DNA from: Tricharina praecox | Lineage: Eukaryota | Assembly: GCF_024521635.1 (NCBI RefSeq) | Contig: NW_026250406.1 | Location: 1,178,001-1,242,000 of the forward strand | Reading direction: 5' to 3' | Length of the DNA stretch: 64,000 nt | Part shown: piece after piece, positions 40,385-51,735 of the stretch | How the letters are laid out: each line of letters starts with the position of its first letter | Numbering within the stretch: position 1 is the stretch's first letter | Position numbers and translations under genes: made by a program | The notes under the pieces: generated by a model | Databases searched by the model: none | What the model saw: only the letters and a program-made list of their open reading frames with translations | What the model was told of the DNA's origin: nothing

Positions 40385-40655
40385 CATCACGCCCTCACGG
40401 CGACGTACCGGAAGTGGATAAAGAAGCGGGAGGATGATCACTACTGGTGGTGCAACAGGCCTACCAAGCAATCACGGGAGCACCTGTTCAAAAACTGCTC
40501 ACGGTGGAGAAGCTAGCAGAAAGCCTTGTAGGCTAAGGTTGGGAAGGAGACAAAAAGAAGGAAAAAGAGGTGGTCGATAGCGGAGTTGTTCGCCGATGAG
40601 CGGTGCAGCGAGGTAATCCTAGAGCTTCTAGGAACTACGGATGTGGGGAGGATAT
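40385..40655 (+). mobile_element. Degenerate 3' end of a Tad1-like non-LTR (LINE) retrotransposon ORF2
   Basis: HALTATYRKWIKKREDDHYWWCNRPTKQSREHLFKNCSRWRS*QKAL*AKV...IAELFADERCSEVILELLGTTDVG matches the C-terminal zinc-knuckle region (CWWC..QTRxHLFxxC..W) of fungal LINEs. Two in-frame TAG stops. Confidence 0.8.
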
Positions 40656-40659
40656 GCGG

Positions 40660-42435
40660 TGATACTTCAACTTCGTGAGCATCACTTTATTGACTTCGCA
40701 GTCCCCACGCACGTGGAACCTGGCGAATACCTCCGCTTACGTGAAGGGCGTGAGTGATAAACTATGCGCCTGGCAGTGCCGCACTACATGTACCCGGGCG
40801 AATGCCGGTATGTCTGCATACACTCGCCTCCACCACAACCAGGGTATTGAAAACCGAGGTCGTGGTGGAAGGATGCATTTTTTATATACGTCCATTGATC
40901 ATAGGTGAATTCCAGGTCCAGGTCCAGTGTGTGCCGCATTTGTTGGTCCGTGCCGGGACCGCGGGTACGTGATCCCGTCTTTTGCTCTTCTGTGCGGCCT
41001 GCATTACGTCTGCACTCCCTCCCCACACAGCGCCCAGTCGAGGTGTCGTCCAGTTGGTGTCGTCCAGTTGGTGTCGTCGAGTTGGTTTTGTCCAGTTGAT
41101 GTCGTCCAGTTGGTCCCCAGGTTCCCACAAATCAGCCCACGTTGTCACAGTCAAGGTATTGAGAACCAGGATGTGACGTATAGACGATTTTTGATGTACT
41201 TTCTTTCTGATCGGCGCCGGTAGTGTCGTGTCCTGGTGATGGTGGTGATGGTGGTGATGGTGATGGTGGTGGTGGTAGCGGTGATCGCGGTGGTGGTGGT
41301 GGTATTAGTGAGGAAGAAGAAGAAGAAAGGGAAAGAAGGAAGGGAAGTAGAATGTGTGGGGAAGAAGAAGCAGCCCTAGGGCTAGTTGTCCTTCGAAGGG
41401 GTCGAGTGATACCGTCACTAGCTAGCAGAACGACCCTTCAAAACGCGAGACACGTATCGAGCGACACCATGTGGCAACGAGTCGGGGCAGATAGCACCCA
41501 CTCTGTATACTCGGATATCGCGCCGTGGCTCAAGAAACTGGCGGTACTGGGACTGGGACTTACCAGTTCTGTCGCTTGCGGTTGTGATTCTTGTCGGCTC
41601 AGGTCGGCGCTGATTCCTGACATCCAGCAGTAACTTTGCGTTGATCGGTGATTCGAAGGGACCACTCGAATCGCGCCAGCTGCCGGCAAGCACCTTGCCG
41701 AGGCGCAGTCTTCGATCAATCGAAGAAGTCCACGGCAGGTCGGTATCGGCTGTGCTTCGATCCTGGCATCAACACAAAGTCAACTTTGTGCTTTGTGTTC
41801 TCGGCGTCGTGTCGATAGGATATGATAGGATATGATAGGATGGAATGGAATGGCGGAACACCTCGACGTCGCATAGGTAATCACTCGGAAGACATGAATT
41901 GCTCGGATGTGTAGGGGGGTTCATTTGGGTTTACTGCCGCGGAAATATTATGTCCCGCATAGAGATCCAAGACCATAGGGGGGTTGATCTCACTCGCACA
42001 GTTGCGGGAAGATTGGTGAGAGTGGATTGTAGAAGCATGTTTGCCCTGGTGCTGGAGTACTCGGAATAATAGATTTCAGACCAAAGTTCTGTACTATAGA
42101 GACCCCTTAGACCTGTAGACACCGAGGTCCGAGGGATAAGATCGAGTCGTGCGCCGTGAAGCATTGGGGAACCTCCAGTGTTCACCGTGCGAGGTCAAGA
42201 CGATAGCCCATGTATGCATCAATGCCTATATTCTTAAGGAATCACAAAGCACCGATATCTCATCCTTCCGACCAACAATCGATTGGTGTACATAGAAACT
42301 CCCCACCCCACCTCTACTCAGCACTGAGCAGTATCCCGTCGTCTGTCGTCTGTGGTACTACATCGGTACATAAGCGGCACTGCTTCTCGGCGACGAGATC
42401 AATAGAGAAACCTGGAATAGTTTTTTTTCCTGCGA
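40660..42435 (+). repeat. Left arm of a long inverted duplication (partner ~54225-55835)
   Basis: 40707-41040 is the reverse complement of 55790-55455 with only ~6 substitutions. Weaker homology continues at 41330-41575 and 42045-42435. Contains a 14-bp (GGTGTCGTCCAGTT)x5 array. Confidence 0.9.
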
Positions 42436-44207
42436 AAGCGCAGTGAGTACGCAATCAGTGCCAATATTACGGAAAAAACACAGTGCGGTGCCGCAGTGCA
42501 CGAGTGCGTAGTGATGAGCGCGACCGTCCACCACCCACCTAGGTACTCTACCGCTCACCGCGACCCGGTATGCCGGTATCCCGGTGTACTAGTAGTTAGT
42601 GCCCAGCGTACGCGGCCGACCCACCGCGGTTCCTTCGTTCGAAGCGGAAGTCCGTGCGCAATTTCAGTCACGGGCTTTCTTCCATCGGATCCGAGAAGGA
42701 ACGCCAGGCTAGTTCAACGGCGGCCCGGTATCCGCACTGCATCTAGACCAAGCCAACAGAGCCCCACCGGCCTCACCGGCCTCACCGAGCCCCACTGAGC
42801 CCCACTGAGCCCCACCGTTTTTTGTCGTCGTCGTAGTCGTCGCCGTCCGGGTGCCGGCGGCAAGGCGTCGATGCGCGCTCACGGGACTTTGCCGTTCCAT
42901 CGAGGGCTCTGGTGGCCTGGGAACTTCCGCGTGACTTCTACGTGGCTCTTCCGGGAGACGGGACACGGCAGGATCGGCAGGCTCAGCTCGGACATTTCGG
43001 ATATTTCGAGTTCCCTGACTCGCTGACTCCCTGACTTCCTGAGCCGCTACCGAAATATAGATCCCGACTACGGCGGGGGCAGGGAAAATCCGTAGACAAC
43101 CCAGCTGATCCTCTTACCAGTGAAAGTGATCCCGACATGGAATCTCCGATCGTTAGATACCTACCTGGTATATCCGTAGGCATATAGGAGGAGATCTAAG
43201 ATCCCGTCGCGCCCGGCAGCCGGGAAAACACTCTACTCTAGGTAAATAGATGGCGGTCGGGATTCGGAAATATCCCAGCGCCCATAGTTAATTATCGACA
43301 ACCGATAACTACTATCTACTCTACTACATCGATAGAGTGCCTACTCCATCTCTAGATAGGAAATCCGGGAATTCTTGCCTGTCATCGCTAGACTCTCTTA
43401 CATTACTGTAATCATATAAGCAGGTACTGCATCTTCTCATTCCTCGAGTGACCGAGTCTTTGCCGCTACATACGGTGTCAACTCAACAACTCGACGACCT
43501 TGAGCTTCCTATGTATTGTACTACATATGTAGAATCAATATGTAAAAGCCAAGAACGTGAAAACGCGCACACAGGCCAGACTAACGATGCCGTACATAGC
43601 CCACTACGGAACGTAAAATAGCGCGCGGCCTACCCGTGAGGGATTCGGGAAGTAGTGCCGATCGGCAAGCTCCGGCCTTAGTTAACGCTTGATTCTTGAG
43701 ACTTGAGGCTTGAGGGAAATCTGAGGGAAATCTTTCAGGCTTCCAGCAGCAGGGGTGGGTTTCAGGTGCAAGTGCATATGTAGAGTAGATATGCAGAGTA
43801 GTTCTCGAAGCATCGTTTTTCTTCCTCTTTCGGTTCTGAAGCTTTCTATGTACTCGTATGCATCTACCTATGTAGAGTACGTACTCTATGCAACATGCGC
43901 ACTTGCGGAGTGGAATCGTGGCCTGTACTCTAATAGATGCCAAGAAGCTTTTTTCTTTTTGTCTTTTCTGTGCACTATTGATTAGAGCACTCGCGAGTCG
44001 TAAGCAGCCAATTTACCTACTCTAGAGTGCCTACTCTGGGCTCAGGATTCTGCCCAGACGATGGGTGCTCGGGATTTTCCGTCCTTCGTGCTTCACGCCT
44101 CGCTTACGTCCGTCCCCTCGGATCCTGCTGTGCTTGCAAGTTGCGGAATGGCACGCACAGCAGTGCAGTGCGCTCGTACTCTACCTACCGTAGTAAAAGT
44201 GCACCGC

Positions 44208-44264
44208 CAGTGAACATGTGCAGTGAACATGTGCAATGAACATGTGCAATGAACATGTGCAGTG
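44208..44264. repeat. 13-bp tandem repeat (CA[G/A]TGAACATGTG)x4
   Basis: Read directly. Confidence 0.9.
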
Positions 44265-44891
44265 TGGAGATGTATATATGATAAATACACCATCTGCCCC
44301 TCTACCTCTGTACGATATATAGTATCTATACATGACGACTTTGCTTCGCCCGAGAATGGTACCAATCAGCGACCTGACATGCGGAGAACAGCGGGGAACA
44401 CAACACGGTCCAGTCTTCCGAGTGTCCCGGTTTGATCGTCTGCAGTGTGCCTGTGCCTGTGCTGTGCCTGTGCCAACTGCAGCTTTCCGCAAACACGGTC
44501 ACCGACACGGTCACCAACACGGACACCAACACTGACAATCACAACACGAGCTCGACACAAGAAGACATAGGATATGAGTAGAGTAAGAGTATGGTTGAAT
44601 GTCAAGAAATGTCCCATTTTATGTAACCTTATGTATGTTCGGCGCCTTCCCTTCCCCGCAGGAATCCCCACTCCCCAAGCCCCAATACCGAATCCCAAAT
44701 CCCCAAGCCAGTCCAGTCTATGTACAACACCGTCTCCGATAAATAATCTTGCCTCTCGACCGTAGCCCTCCACGGGAGAACAAAAGACAAAGGAGCGTAA
44801 ATAAAGATCCCAAAAACAAAAGACAACAAATCAGACCCCCAAAAACACCATCCTCCCGTTTGTAGATACCAGTATGCCTCCAGATAACAAC

Positions 44892-45783
44892 CTAGCTGTT
44901 ATACGCCCGACCGAGGGTGGACAACTGTCCGCCCTGTATCATCATTCCCTCAAATACGCCGAAGTACGCATACCTCTCGAGCCAATCCTGCTGATCCATC
45001 CATACGGAGACCTCGCGGAAGAACTTCGCCTGGTCCTCCTGCGACGCGCCCCACATGCCAAACTCCGTGAGCCAGATGGGCTTTCCGGCGATCGCGTACG
45101 CCTCGCGCATGTGCTTCTTGAAGTACTCAACGCCCCCCGTTGGGTCGTACCAGTGGATCGGCACGAAGTCGATCTTGCACGCTCCGTTGCATTCCGCGAG
45201 GAACTGCTTCAGCCAGTCCAGTCCTTGGTTAGGGCTGCCGCTGTTGGAGACTGCCGGCGCCCCCAAAGAGGCGGACCCGGCGTGAGGATTCATGTGCGTG
45301 ATGTATGCCTTTGCGGCCGCCGAGGGGCTCATGTTCGCCTGCGAGGGGAGGTCGGGCTCGTTGAAGCTGCGGAGATGTTAGCATGTTGATTCGGGGGATG
45401 GAGGTGTGGGTGGGGACATACGCGAGCAGGTGCTTGGCCCCCTTGGCCAGAGCGGCCTTCACGTTCCTGGGCCAGTCGGCGAACGTCTTCTCACCCCAGA
45501 GCATGGGGACGTATTCGAACTTGCCGACGGTGGAGGCGGCGCCGGCCGCCCAGTCGTAGCCCCAGGTGATCTCGCCGCTCGAGAACTGGCTGCACAGGCT
45601 GGCATCGTTGTAGCCGAGACCACGTTTGCCGGTGGCACGGGGGACGATGGTCGACGGGATTGCGGCGGAGTCTAGGGATCAGGTCAGTCGATTGGTCCGA
45701 GACGGAGGAGCAAGAGATGGGTGCTTACTGGCAACCGTGGCAAGCACGAAGAGCGAGGTGATGGCCTGGATGGGAGAAATCAT
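44892..45783 (-). CDS. Secreted glycoside hydrolase family 128 (Asl1-like beta-1,3-glucanase), ~259 aa, 3 exons (45783-45729, 45671-45422, 45366-44892)
   Basis: Signal peptide MISPIQAITSLFVLATVANSA; KRGLGYN, WGYDW, EYVPMLWG, FNEPD, LGAPAVS, DFVPIHWY, KPIWLTEFG and ERYAYFG motifs; canonical 57- and 55-nt introns. Confidence 0.93.
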
Positions 45784-48495
45784 CTTGTATGAGTTGAGAG
45801 TGTGGGGAAGTGAGGTGAGGTGATGTGATGGCCGGTTTGGATGTGAAGACAAAGTGAGTCGAGAGAGAGCGAGAGAGGTAGTAGTAGGAGGAGGTTATAT
45901 TCTGCGCGCTGCGCTGAAGAGACCGTGATGCTGATGCTGAAGTAGGATCGAAATGGTCGTGGGACTGCAAGCAGTTAAAAAGAAAGAGAGTTGATGCTGC
46001 TGGAGCAACGAGTGAACGATGGAGGGCGAGGAAGGACTGTGGATGGTCGGAGACAAAGACAGTGAGCGACTGGCAGTGAGTGGATGAGAGGAATGCCAGG
46101 AGGAGCGCAGAGGGTTTTAAGTGGACGAGTTCGGCTACCACCCACGCACACGGGACTCTGGATTGACTCTCCTCTCTGCCTCTGTCTCTCTTTGTCTCTC
46201 TCGCCTGAGCTGACGGGCTGATGCTAAGCAGGGAGGGGGGGAGCCCTGGAAGTGCCAAGGCCCGAAGGGACGTCCACCCGAAGTCTATCTGGGAACTTGG
46301 GGCCAGATGGAAATCCCACTACTGCAGGTACGGAACAGGGGTTTTTTTTTCACGGCCCCTGTTCTGGTGGGGGATGTTTTCCACGAGTCCGAGCGCTAGA
46401 AGAACCGCAAAACTGCTCAGGCCAACAAGGTCTGCAGACGCAGCGGTGTCGAGGCGCTCGTCTAGGCAAGGAAATGAAGAAGAGTTGGGCGTCAAGGTAG
46501 AAAGAAGGTATGATATGTACGCACTATTGGGTGTATACACTGTAAACTCTAGATAGGTACCGGTATACTCAAGATGGGTGTTCTAGACAGAGTGTATATC
46601 CGACACGCGAGTGTGTGCCCGTGTGCCGGTACTGGATACATAGCAGATACGAAGATGCAGCCACGACGACGTGTCGTCCAGCGGCCAGGTAACCAGGTGC
46701 CTAGGTCGCTCGGGGCTGAGGGTTGCAGTGCGCGAGCATACCCAACCTGCTGGCCGAAGTTCGTTTGGCAGAACTCCGGATGTAGAGTTCGGTACGTGCT
46801 ACACACGAGAGAATGCGGTCGCGCCCGTTGGCTGGTTGGCGGGCCTCGTACACACATAGGAAAGTCCCAGCCCAAACAGCACCGCACCGCACTGCAATGC
46901 ACTCACAGTCCTTGTTTCCCCCATATTCTCGTAATAGAGATTGCTTTTCCCCCAGGTCAGCCCGCCGCCAGGCAGGCGAAACGACAGCGAGCATATGTAT
47001 GAGGGCGCTCTCGTTACTCGTATCATACCTACATAAATGCCGTACATGCTTCTATGTACGTGCACCTACCTGGTGCCGTAAACAGCCTATCGAAGCGCAC
47101 GCCTCAGAGCTGAGAGCACAGAGCATCCAGCCGGGAAAAACAAACCGCCCAGTCCAATCCATCTTCTACGCAAGGCGTGGACGGTATGTAGAAGAACTTT
47201 TCTGTCTATGCATGTACATAGAGTACCTTCATAGATACTTGGTAGGGTATGTACCAGTATGTACTCGGTACTCTAGACTTTGGACTCTGGAGTGCATGAA
47301 GAAAATTTCTATCCCTATATATCCCTATCCCTATCCCTTGCCTGGACCTGGCGCGTGCCATGCAATTTATTCTCAGCCTTAGCGAGAGCAGGCGGCCAGG
47401 CCCACCGCCTATGTAGTTATCTACAGGGTAACATGGGAACATGGTTGGCCCTGCTGTTCTCGATTGTTCTCTGAAGACGGGAAGAGCTGGGAACGGGAAG
47501 AGCCGCCTCGGCCTTGCTACTGGCCATTCTCCCCTGCCAGCTTTGAGAGAGAGAGCTCAGAGAACAGCAGTTTATGTCGCATACGGCCCTTTGCTACTGG
47601 CATACTACCTATGCCGGCAGCTTATGGAGACCACAACCCCGACACGCACTCGACACAGCGAGGCGGATGTCTGAGACTCGAAGGCTGGACGGAGAGACGA
47701 TATGTACCAGCACCTACGAGTGCTCGCCACCGATACTCCACCACAAAATGGCCAGCCGCTCATTCGTACGAGAAGTCGTGTCGCGGGTACGTACCATGTA
47801 CCTGTTGTATTTACCTTCCTAGGTACTCGCACCACGGTCCTCCTCCCGCGGCGGTGTTGTCGGCTGCGGTCTCACGTCGTTGGGTGGCCTTGAACCGGGT
47901 TCGATACGATTCGATAGGTACCTGGTGCCCACCCAGGCGCAGGGCCGCGTATGTACCCACTCACCATCTCGCCTCCACTGCACCCCCCACCACCCTCCAC
48001 CACCACAGCCTTCCGACGGCCAAGACACTGGACACTGGACAGGACAGGACTTGCGAATGGGAGCGGAAATGCTTATCGCCGTCCCCCGTGTGCCGTCCGC
48101 TTTCTGTCTGTGTCTGTCGCCGCATGCTCGATTCGTAATTCTGACCCATTCGGTCCTGCGTGTCAACCAATTGTTGGCCCCCTCGCCCCCGCCCTCGTCC
48201 TCGTTTCAGAGCTGGCCCCCATGCACAGGTTGTGTTCCTGAGTCGTGACAGTACTCGAGAATACTCTAGCTTGTCGCCCCCAGTTGAGGACGTATAGTGC
48301 GTCGCCACGTCTTATCCCACGCCCACCACATATCCATACATCCACCACCCATCCATCCACCTATCCACCCACCATCGATCCTTACTTCCATCCATCCATC
48401 ATCAATCCATCTACTGCAGGAACTGCCGTTCTTCGCTCAGCTCATCGCTTCGTCCTGCAAGAGCCTACAGGAGCCTGCAGGAACAAAAGACACTC

Positions 48496-48633
48496 CGGCA
48501 AATTATCGTTCGTCGCCGCTGCCACCTTTGTCAGCTACCATACCAGCTACCATACCGACGCAACGACAGCCCGGCGAATTATCGTTCGTTGCCGCTGCGG
48601 CCTTTGTCAGCTGGATACCATACCGACGCAACG
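48496..48633. repeat. ~75-bp imperfect tandem duplication
   Basis: ccggc[a/g]aattatcgttcgt[c/t]gccgctgc..cctttgtcagct...ccataccgacgcaacga x2. Confidence 0.85.
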
Positions 48634-50009
48634 ATGCTGCGGCGTGCTTACTGGACTTACTGGACCTACTGGACTTACATACTGGACTTATTGGAGCCCG
48701 CGCGACGACCGAGCGGGACGCTTGCAGAACAAGAACTGGCGCCGCACATTATGGCGATCGTGACAGTACAGTACATGAACTCGAGCCGAAAACAAACCAC
48801 CATCCAACCTCGCCAGCGAAGACGAAAGAAGAAGCGTGGGGAAGACAAGAGCTGGCGATTCGTCCGCTGGAAGTTGGAAGTTGGAACCGCATAGGTAGCC
48901 TGTGGGTAGTCTGTGGGTAGGTACCCACATCACCAGACACCGAATGAATGCACTCAGCCGGTATCGACGCATCGACGCGGGTACATACACCTGCCCAGTG
49001 CCCGGTGCCCAGTCCCAGCTGCTCGCTATCTATCTATATATCCTCATCGTGCATGCGCGCCATACCAATGATACCATACAGATATCACCTGCGTGACTGC
49101 GTGACTGCGTCAGTCACGGTTCCGAACCACGGCGACGACTTTATATGTATACGGGCGGGGGACAGGAAGTGGAACTGGAACCTGCACGTATGTATGGAGG
49201 CTTTGCTTCTGCTGCAGACTGCAGTCCGTATAGGTCGGTGGGTATAAAGTACCGTACAGGTACCTCGTTCGAGTGCCAAGGCTGTCTTTCTTGTCTCTTG
49301 TCTCTTGTCATCCAGCGAGTCGACTGTAGTCTGTGCCGCCTCCTTCCCTCGTTCGTATCTATCGGTACAGTACAACGCACGCATCCTCGCATCCTCGCAT
49401 CGTCACTGCCTATCGTATCGTGCTCCCCCAGCTGTACGGAGACGAGGATAGCTAACGATACCTACATAGCTAACTTTGGGCGATTGCATGCGATTGCTTG
49501 CGACTCCCAGTCTCCCAGAATACAGATACCTATGTCTTGGCATTTCCTCTCCACCGCCCCTTCGTTCGACGTTCTCTTGTCTCGGCGACCGGTCTCAGTC
49601 TCGGTCTCTTGGCGTGGAAAACAACGCACAGGTAGAGTACTAGTACATGATGACATGTATACCGGTAGTAGAGACCACTCGAGCGACTTTTTCCTTCTTC
49701 TTGGGCTGGGTGAATCCAGCTGAGAGGGAGAGAGAGAGAAAGCAGAGGTCCCTCGATTGGAGGACTACAGTCGAGCCGAGTGAGAGTACCTACGATATTT
49801 TCCTTCGAATCCCGACCCCATGCGCCAATGCTCTACATACTCTATCATCCATATCGGCGGGGACTCTGGGATTCTGGGAATTCATTTGTCACACGGAGAT
49901 TACCGCCCAACCCCAGCATCGGATCAACAGATCAATCATCCCGGTGGTCGCGAATTACTTCCCCACGTTAGATAGGTAGATTAACCACGAAGATCATCAT
50001 ATGTATCTA

Positions 50010-50290
50010 CTAGATGACTTCATTAGTGTTGGGATAGGCTGAAGACAGGGGTTCAGCCTCGCTGTGCGACCCTCATACATTTCTTATTTTTCTTCAAACC
50101 AGCGATTCAATCACCACCACAACCACTGTTCAAGACGTTCTCTTTCCCTCGAGCATATTTTGACATTGTTGTCATGATAGTTGTGGTGGTTGGGACCGTT
50201 GGGTGATGAGAGAGAGACCCTCTCACTATCATCAGCCTCATCTTGCAGCGCCAAGATTCAGCCTATCCCAATACTAATGAAGTCATCTAG
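50010..50290. mobile_element. MITE A (~280 bp)
   Basis: 34-bp TIR CTAGATGACTTCATTAGT[G/A]TTGGGATAGGCTGAA (50010-50043 / 50257-50290, 1 mismatch), flanked by TA; the ends could instead be 50013/50287. Confidence 0.85.
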
Positions 50291-50292
50291 TA

Positions 50293-50786
50293 CCGTATTA
50301 TCTCAGATAACTGACCTATCGCACAAAGTCATTAGCGCTGTTACACATGGGCTTGGAGCGTTTCGCATGTGGTTAGCGCTGGATTGGAGGCCTTGGAGCT
50401 TAGTCAATATCAGTTACTAGCGCAGAATTCCCGTGACCGTCTACACTGCTATGTAGAGTACATACCGCCCGTCGCCCTCCCGCCGGTCGCGCCCGCCAGT
50501 CGTGAACACGGGTGGGGGGGCGACGACTGGGGGGCGACTAGCGGGGGCAATGGGCGGGGCACGACGATTGGGACGCGACTGGCGGGGGGGCCATGGGTGG
50601 GCGCGACGGGCGGGGGGGCGACGGGCGACGGGCGGTATGTACTCTACATAGCAGTGTAGACGGTCACGGGAATTCTGCGCTAGTAGCTGATATTGAGTAA
50701 GCTCCAAGGCCTCCAAGCCAGCGCTAACCACATGCGAAGCGCTCCAATGACTTTGTGCGACAGGTCAGTTATCTGAGATAATACGG
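50293..50786. mobile_element. MITE B / foldback element (~494 bp) with ~165-185-bp inverted arms and G-rich spacer
   Basis: CCGTATTATCTCAGATAACTGACC...GGTCAGTTATCTGAGATAATACGG; arms 50293-50478 / ~50625-50786 with few mismatches and one 21-bp indel; TA on both sides. Confidence 0.9.
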
Positions 50787-51674
50787 TACTATATCCGATA
50801 CATGCATGTTACCTTGCTCTAGATAAACATCTCGGTGGTCGCGAATTACTTTACCACGTTGGATTAGATAAGTACATAGCTTCGAAAATAAAATGATACC
50901 TGTGATGATCTATCCTTATCGCCAAAATAGTGAACAGTGAAGACAACCCGGTCTGTCGACGTCGGGGGCAGGCGTGTAACTATGGCGTCACGAAAGTGCA
51001 AATCCCAATTACCCATATGTGCACATATAACTAGCCCCGGCGTGTTCCGCTCGTTTCGTTTCGCGGTTTCTTTGCTGTGATCACCGCCACGGGTTAACTA
51101 CGGCGGAGTCTTTGCATATGAGGGGGGGGCGGTCATCAATTTTATTTTGCATCCATGAGCCTTTGTAGACTACGGCGAACACCAACATATGAGGTATGAT
51201 ATGTACGTATATATTACGTGGAGGCGCTCACATCTCCGCATACTGCACTTATTGATACCCGATAGATGGGTGGTCCTTAGATATCGGTTTTCACCGGGTT
51301 AGGCTTAAGATGGGTCCTGGGTATCATAAATTTGGTGGCGATGATGTGATGATGGTGGGGAAATACCTAGGTAGTGCGAAAAAAGAAAACTCTGCTTGGT
51401 GGCCGATGGCTTGAGGGCTTTTTGGTGAGGTGGCCGACGGACTCGGGGATATCTAGCTAGAAACGGCGGCATGGATAATGGATGATGGATAATAGATGAT
51501 GTCAAAACCTGAATTTGAGAGAAGAACTTGACTTGACTTGACTTGACTTGTCAATTGATGAGATGGATGAAACGAATGAGACGAATGAGATGAAATCAGA
51601 TGAAATGAGAGGAATGAGATGATATGATATGAGAAAGATGAGTAAACTGTAAACTTCAAGAGACTGCTTGTAGT

Positions 51675-51735
51675 GAAAGGGAAGGGGAACGAGAAAGGGA
51701 AGGGGAACGAGAAAGGGAAGGGGAACGAGAAAGGA
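51675..51735. repeat. 18-bp purine-rich tandem repeat (GAAAGGGAAGGGGAACGA)x3
   Basis: Read directly. Confidence 0.88.

Noticed and set aside
39920..40516. 198-aa ORF as an intact gene
   Set aside because: Only the last ~45 aa are recognisable (LINE relic continuing past stops); GTG start
41042..41112. 14-bp repeats (also the 39179 array) as CRISPR-like
   Set aside because: No unique spacers, eukaryotic context, no cas genes
49795..49830. TTCGAATCCC (and GGGTTCG at the window end) as a tRNA T-loop
   Set aside because: No cloverleaf stems or A-box could be built
50369..50731. Two mirror-image 96-aa ORFs
   Set aside because: Artefact of the MITE B inverted arms
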